A stretch of 64,000 nt of DNA from Tubulanus polymorphus (taxonomy: Eukaryota; Animalia; Nemertea), in assembly GCF_964204645.1 (NCBI RefSeq), contig NC_134025.1:6572001-6636000 (forward strand). Reading direction: 5' to 3'. Under the pieces are notes generated by a model, which worked only from the letters and a program-made list of their open reading frames with translations, had not been told where the DNA came from and did no database searches. Below are positions 59,230-64,000 of the stretch, piece after piece (position 1 is the stretch's first letter; the number at the start of each line of letters is the position of its first letter). The position numbers and the translations under genes were made by a program.

Positions 59230-59928
59230 ACCAGTCATCATGGAAATCTTAACAGAGACAAAAAGAGCTAAGAACTGACCCTAGAAAAGTTGTCAATGTG
59301 TCTCCGGACGCTTCTGCATATCGCGTTGGTAATATGTGTAGGTCTTTTACGGTTTAGTGCGTTGCGTATCCAATAACATGTTGTGAAGACAATGCTGTGA
59401 GAAAAGAAGTGTGTATTTTATGGTGGCTGAAAATGCGGGGATAGGTCAAACTATCGGATACCGGTATCGATAATAGAAAGCAGTTGATACGAGTACCGTA
59501 ACGGTTTATTTCATCTCGAAAATATCATATATATACACATGTACATGAATCATATTCCTTCTTGCATCTACATATTTGTTTATTTAACATTTCTTTGTTT
59601 GGAAATTCTGGGCATTACGTCTTTGGGACATGAAGTGTACATATGATTATAAAACACAACTCTACAAGTCTAAATATACGTCTGCCTCCAGTTTGCTAAA
59701 ATTTCAGATATCCATTTTCCCATCTTCCACTCCATCACTTATCGAAAAACCGCGAAATAATAAAGTTACAAAATCGAACAAATCGTCTAACTTGTTTTCC
59801 TTATATATCAGGTTTTGCAAACGTTTCAAACGATTTGTGATTCGTTCATAAGCTATATAAAATGGAGGAAACGAAGCGGCTGCTGCAGTCTACATTTTAT
59901 TCTAGTTCTATAGTTTTGTAGCATTTTC

Positions 59929-62092
59929 CTATTTCCGGCGAAAAACGGCTAGCTTTTTTTCGTCACCAGTCACAACAATGATCATATCAGGATTGAGACA
60001 ATGTATGCATGATGGACGGACAAGCTGGACATTAGCAGGAATAATATTTCTGATATGTGACGTGAATTCATTGCCACGTATCCTTACTACCGATACGTTC
60101 CCCAAACGCCATTCAACGACCAGAAGATTTTCGTCGTCTAACATCGCCAAGCCCTTAGGATCGGCGAGGTTAGTTCCGGCGGCAATAGGCTGAGGCTTAC
60201 TGACGTGCCAGAGTATGATTTCGTTCGTTGACCAACCTGTGGAAGCTATGAGTTTACCGCCACTGCCGCAGGTTATGTACTGCACTATTGCATCGGATCT
60301 GGTTAGGGAATAAGACATCTCGCGAATACACATGATGCGTTTATCCGTTTTTGTCATGGAGAAGCGAACTATTCTACCTTGTCCACCTACGTATAAGGTG
60401 TCGCCATATACAGCTAATGCCAATGGGTCCATTTCGACATTCATCGATGCCAGTAAAGTATCACTGACCACCGAATAAACAGATATATCTTTACGACCGG
60501 ACGATGAGACGAGCAGCAAGTCTCGCCAGGTCGCTACTCGTAATGGCTTCTGGATAACTCCGTTGTCTTTGCCCCGAATTGTTCGCTGGAGATTAAAAAC
60601 ATCTTTCGCTAGCGCTAATATGTACAGACATTCGTTATGATGGTCACAAACGACCAGGCGACCGTCTGGAAGATGAGTCATGTCTACCGGTAAATGGCTC
60701 CGACTTGATTTCGGTAGTTCTATATATTCACACTGAATGAAATCTGTGAAAAAAATATTGGCGATTAACATTTATTGACATGAATATATGCATGTTTAAA
60801 ACACTCTAACAACCTACTGTCGTGTAGCAATCGAGCTCTTTCGTCAGCAAGCTGCAATATGATTAACAATGATTGAATCAGAAATATCTTCATTCAATTA
60901 AGATATGCTATGTAAGAAAATTAAATGAGTGAATATAACGTGTTTAGCGACGTACTGTGAGCGGTAGCGTGTTTCTCTTCGTGGGTGTGTGGTAACCTTG
61001 GGGTGGAGACACTACAGATCCAGGCGGTGGATGTCGTGGTCTTAGATCAGTCATACTTATTTCTCTATTCAGACATACCGGTTGGGCACCTGAAGCAGGG
61101 ACTGCAAGTTTCTGTCCTGCAAATCAATGATTTCTTGAATTTCAGCTAGATAATGAAAACGAAATTGCTTGGCGATTACATATATAAACACTTACCTTCC
61201 TTCTCGTGATTTGACTGAAATAAAATAAACAAACATATACCAATGAAAAAACTTCATACGGCATATTCATGCGATTTCTATATAGCCAATATATATACCT
61301 GATTTTCTTTTGATTGTCGATAAATTTCGCCCAGATTTTCCGCACAGAGTTCCTCGACGTCTTCTAGAAATTTGAATATTTTCACACTCAGATGTCAAGT
61401 TTTACGCACGTTCGAATGATCATTTTTTTCGGATTAATTTATACATTTAAGATAATGATCGTGCTTACCGGCTATTCTGGTAAGCTTCATGTCCCGTAAG
61501 ACATTCTCGAGGTCCTGGCATACCGACAATATCGTACCCCCTCGATACATACGCCATCTCTCAAACGCCTGGCGTATTTTCTCGACCAGAGGTTTGTCCG
61601 CATCCGACATTATGCCGACGACGATGTCTCGTTCGATGCCCAGACGTGCAATAAGATCCTCCCATTCTGTCAACAAGAATTCGTATCGAATACAGGCAGA
61701 AATGACCTCATGAAACAACGCATCTATGAAAAAGACACAATACATATCGAAATTATTATTAGTTGTTTTAGATGGTGATAATAATGGATCATTCCCAATT
61801 TTTCACCACATGTAGGCACACGATGCGACGATGTAGGCTTGGGGTAATCATCTACTCGTGTATAGGTAAGAGGAAAATAAAGATGATTCTGGCGGATCGA
61901 GGAAATGAAATCTACAATCGTCAGTAGACTCTCACATTGGCATATAAAGTCGTGACACAATCTCATTCCTGCTTACAGCTTAGATACTATATACATTCGA
62001 ACAAAAAATTGATTTAATCGCAAACTAAAATCAAAAATTACTTCTGTACGCTCACCTTCCTGTGCCCGTCTTGTGTTGATAGCATGTGACAT
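59929..62092 (-). CDS. Death-domain + C-terminal NHL-like beta-propeller protein; exons approx. 62056-62092, 61469-61723, 61298-61362, 61196-61214, 60955-61116, 60817-60850, 59929-60743
   Basis: Exon 2 (EWEDLIARLGIERDIVVGIMSDADKPLVEKIRQAFERWRMYRGG...DLENVLRDMKLTRIAE) shows the death-domain W..L...LG / ..W pattern. The last exon has NHL-like blades (PVDMTHLPDGRLVVCD, PLRVA, PLALAVYGDTLYVG, PKGLAMLDDENLLVVE, PSCI). Splice phases are consistent and the ORF is open. Confidence 0.8.
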
Positions 62093-62189
62093 TTTTTACT
62101 CGCGCAGTCTGTGATATATGTATGTATATATCAGCTAATTTCCCACCCTTTCCTCTGCAATGTTTCACCTTGAAATGTTACTTACGATG

Positions 62190-62194
<5 letters not shown>

Positions 62195-62270
<76 letters not shown>
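62195..62270. repeat. (TA)n microsatellite
   Basis: About 38 AT units, about 100 bp upstream of the DD-propeller start codon. Confidence 0.95.
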
Positions 62271-62275
<5 letters not shown>

Positions 62276-63150
62276 CATGTATAACTTAAATACGCAACTT
62301 CTTCCTACATAGTTAAAATGCGTCTGCCTAACACGAAAGCCGTCGAATGTGCTTTGTCCGTTATTGTGTTCGATATGTACGTGTTTTAAAGAATGCGAAA
62401 AAATAAAAGCCATTTATATATACGTGTGTTCTATACGGGAAAGTGAAGTTTCGAATTGTAAGTTCATGACGACGAAAATTGTAATAAAAGACCCGTCCAA
62501 ATATAATGGAAGAATTCAAAAGCTTTCGTGAGCTAATAAGCACCGTGTATCTTTCTATTCAAGTGATCCGCGTCAAACGATCTTCACGGGAAAAAGGCTT
62601 AAGAAAGAGCACAGAATGGAAAGCTTTATATGAAGAATGTAGAATTAATACAGAAGATAATACAGCATAAAGCAGATTGCCAGCAGCTTCACACCAGTTT
62701 TTGAGGCCTTTGGATCGAACAAGATTTTGCCAATGAATGACAATAATTTTCGTTTTTATTTTCATGGAATGATACTGGCTTGAAATTGTGCTGATTTCCC
62801 AATGTCTTCGTTTGCTGACTCATTTTCCACAGCTGTGACAAAATCTGCTGAGAATATTAATTACCACGATACGGTGTTTTTACATACTCGGTACTTCAAT
62901 AAATTATTATTTTTTTGATTGCGTAAAACCACTAGATAGATGATATAGTTGTTACATTGTGTTGATCGGTAGGTTTGGAATGAAGGAAGTAATTCAGTTT
63001 CAGTGAGAAAGTGTTTCCGATGTGATGCGTTTAGGAGAGGATATGTATAAAACCTATACGGGTTGTTATTACTTCCGCGTATTCATTCGAAATACAAACT
63101 ATTTTCAATCAAAATTGAGAGTAACATATAGGATATGAAGTCTGTATAGA

Positions 63151-64000
63151 TTGATGGCAGCAGAGATACGCGCAGTAAGGATGAATTCCTCGGATATAGA
63201 GTTAGTTAGAAGGAACAGCAATAGATCTCATGCTGATGATAATAGTTCCCCATCACATACTAATGATGTTGAACAATACGTTAAAAATACGAACAGTCAG
63301 GTAGTAAAGTCAAAATTCGAATATAAATCTATCTATAGAATGAAAAAGATTATGTCAACAATGATGCATGATTATTGCAAACTGTTTGTTTTTTCGAGGT
63401 CTACCGTATCACATATGACTTTCTTACTGTGTGATGTCCTCATTTATAGGTTTCGTCGTCGCCTCATACATCGACCGAATCGGCAGCATCATCCAAGTCT
63501 GACCCAAGAGATGAAACGGCGAAACTAACTGCAGAGTTTGGTTTCTACGCCACCAAGAAATCTAAAGCGAGTACGATGTTAGATTTGGCACTTCTATCGG
63601 CCAACGCGTCACTTTTGAGGGTAAACATTGGTCTGGAGAAGACGCCGATGGTTTGCGGCGTCATCAGTTTGCTAGCTCTTTCTATTTTGTGTCAACTAGT
63701 CGTAGGCTTTATTTTTCTTCGGATGGGTAAATATGAAACGACATCTCTCTCTCTCTCCCTTTCACTTTTTCTTTTTCTCGATGAGTTCGCTTCTTTTTCA
63801 GTTCGTTCTAACGCTTGGTCGAAACTTATGGTAAAATACGATATAGAATCGGAAACGACTAAACAAGAGAAATTGAAGGCGCTCTATGATCAGATCGTGT
63901 TGAACAGTCGCGCTACTGCAATCGTCATGTTTATCACAATCATCAATGTATTTATTGCAGCATTCGGCAATAGTGTTTTACCTAACAGTAGTAATAAGAC
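63151..64000 (+). CDS. Ninjurin-family protein, copy B (3' end beyond the window); exons approx. 63151/63181-63300, 63450-63726, 63802->64000
   Basis: FYATKKSKASTMLDLALLSANASLLR, TM1 LLALSILCQLVVGFIF and TM2 LNSRATAIVMFITIINVFIAAFGNS. Intron phases (0, 1) are the same as copy A. Confidence 0.92.

Overview
This is eukaryotic DNA: an AT-rich, gene-dense, intron-rich invertebrate locus. A lophotrochozoan-like origin is my guess, not shown by the sequence. Hand-spliced genes, left to right: 5' part of tomosyn/STXBP5 (-, exons 1-5, with a U12-type minor intron); coproporphyrinogen III oxidase CPOX (+); a divergent but intact NPAS4-like bHLH-PAS gene (+) with an antisense intronic tRNA-Gln(TTG), lying tail-to-tail with a more canonical NPAS4-like gene (-); DNA topoisomerase II (-); secreted kinase PKDCC/VLK (+); nucleoporin NUP43 (-); and a cluster of ninjurin (+), a death-domain + NHL/beta-propeller gene (-), and a second ninjurin (+, runs off the window). 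Several MITE families, a 164-bp tandem repeat, a LINE-like 3' tail and microsatellites are also present. The best candidates for undescribed systems are the ninjurin / DD-propeller / ninjurin cluster (a possible sensor-plus-lysis cell-death locus) and the inverted NPAS4-like pair, in which one copy has a degenerate DNA-binding basic region. All homology calls come from recognised motifs, not database searches, and exon boundaries were read by hand.
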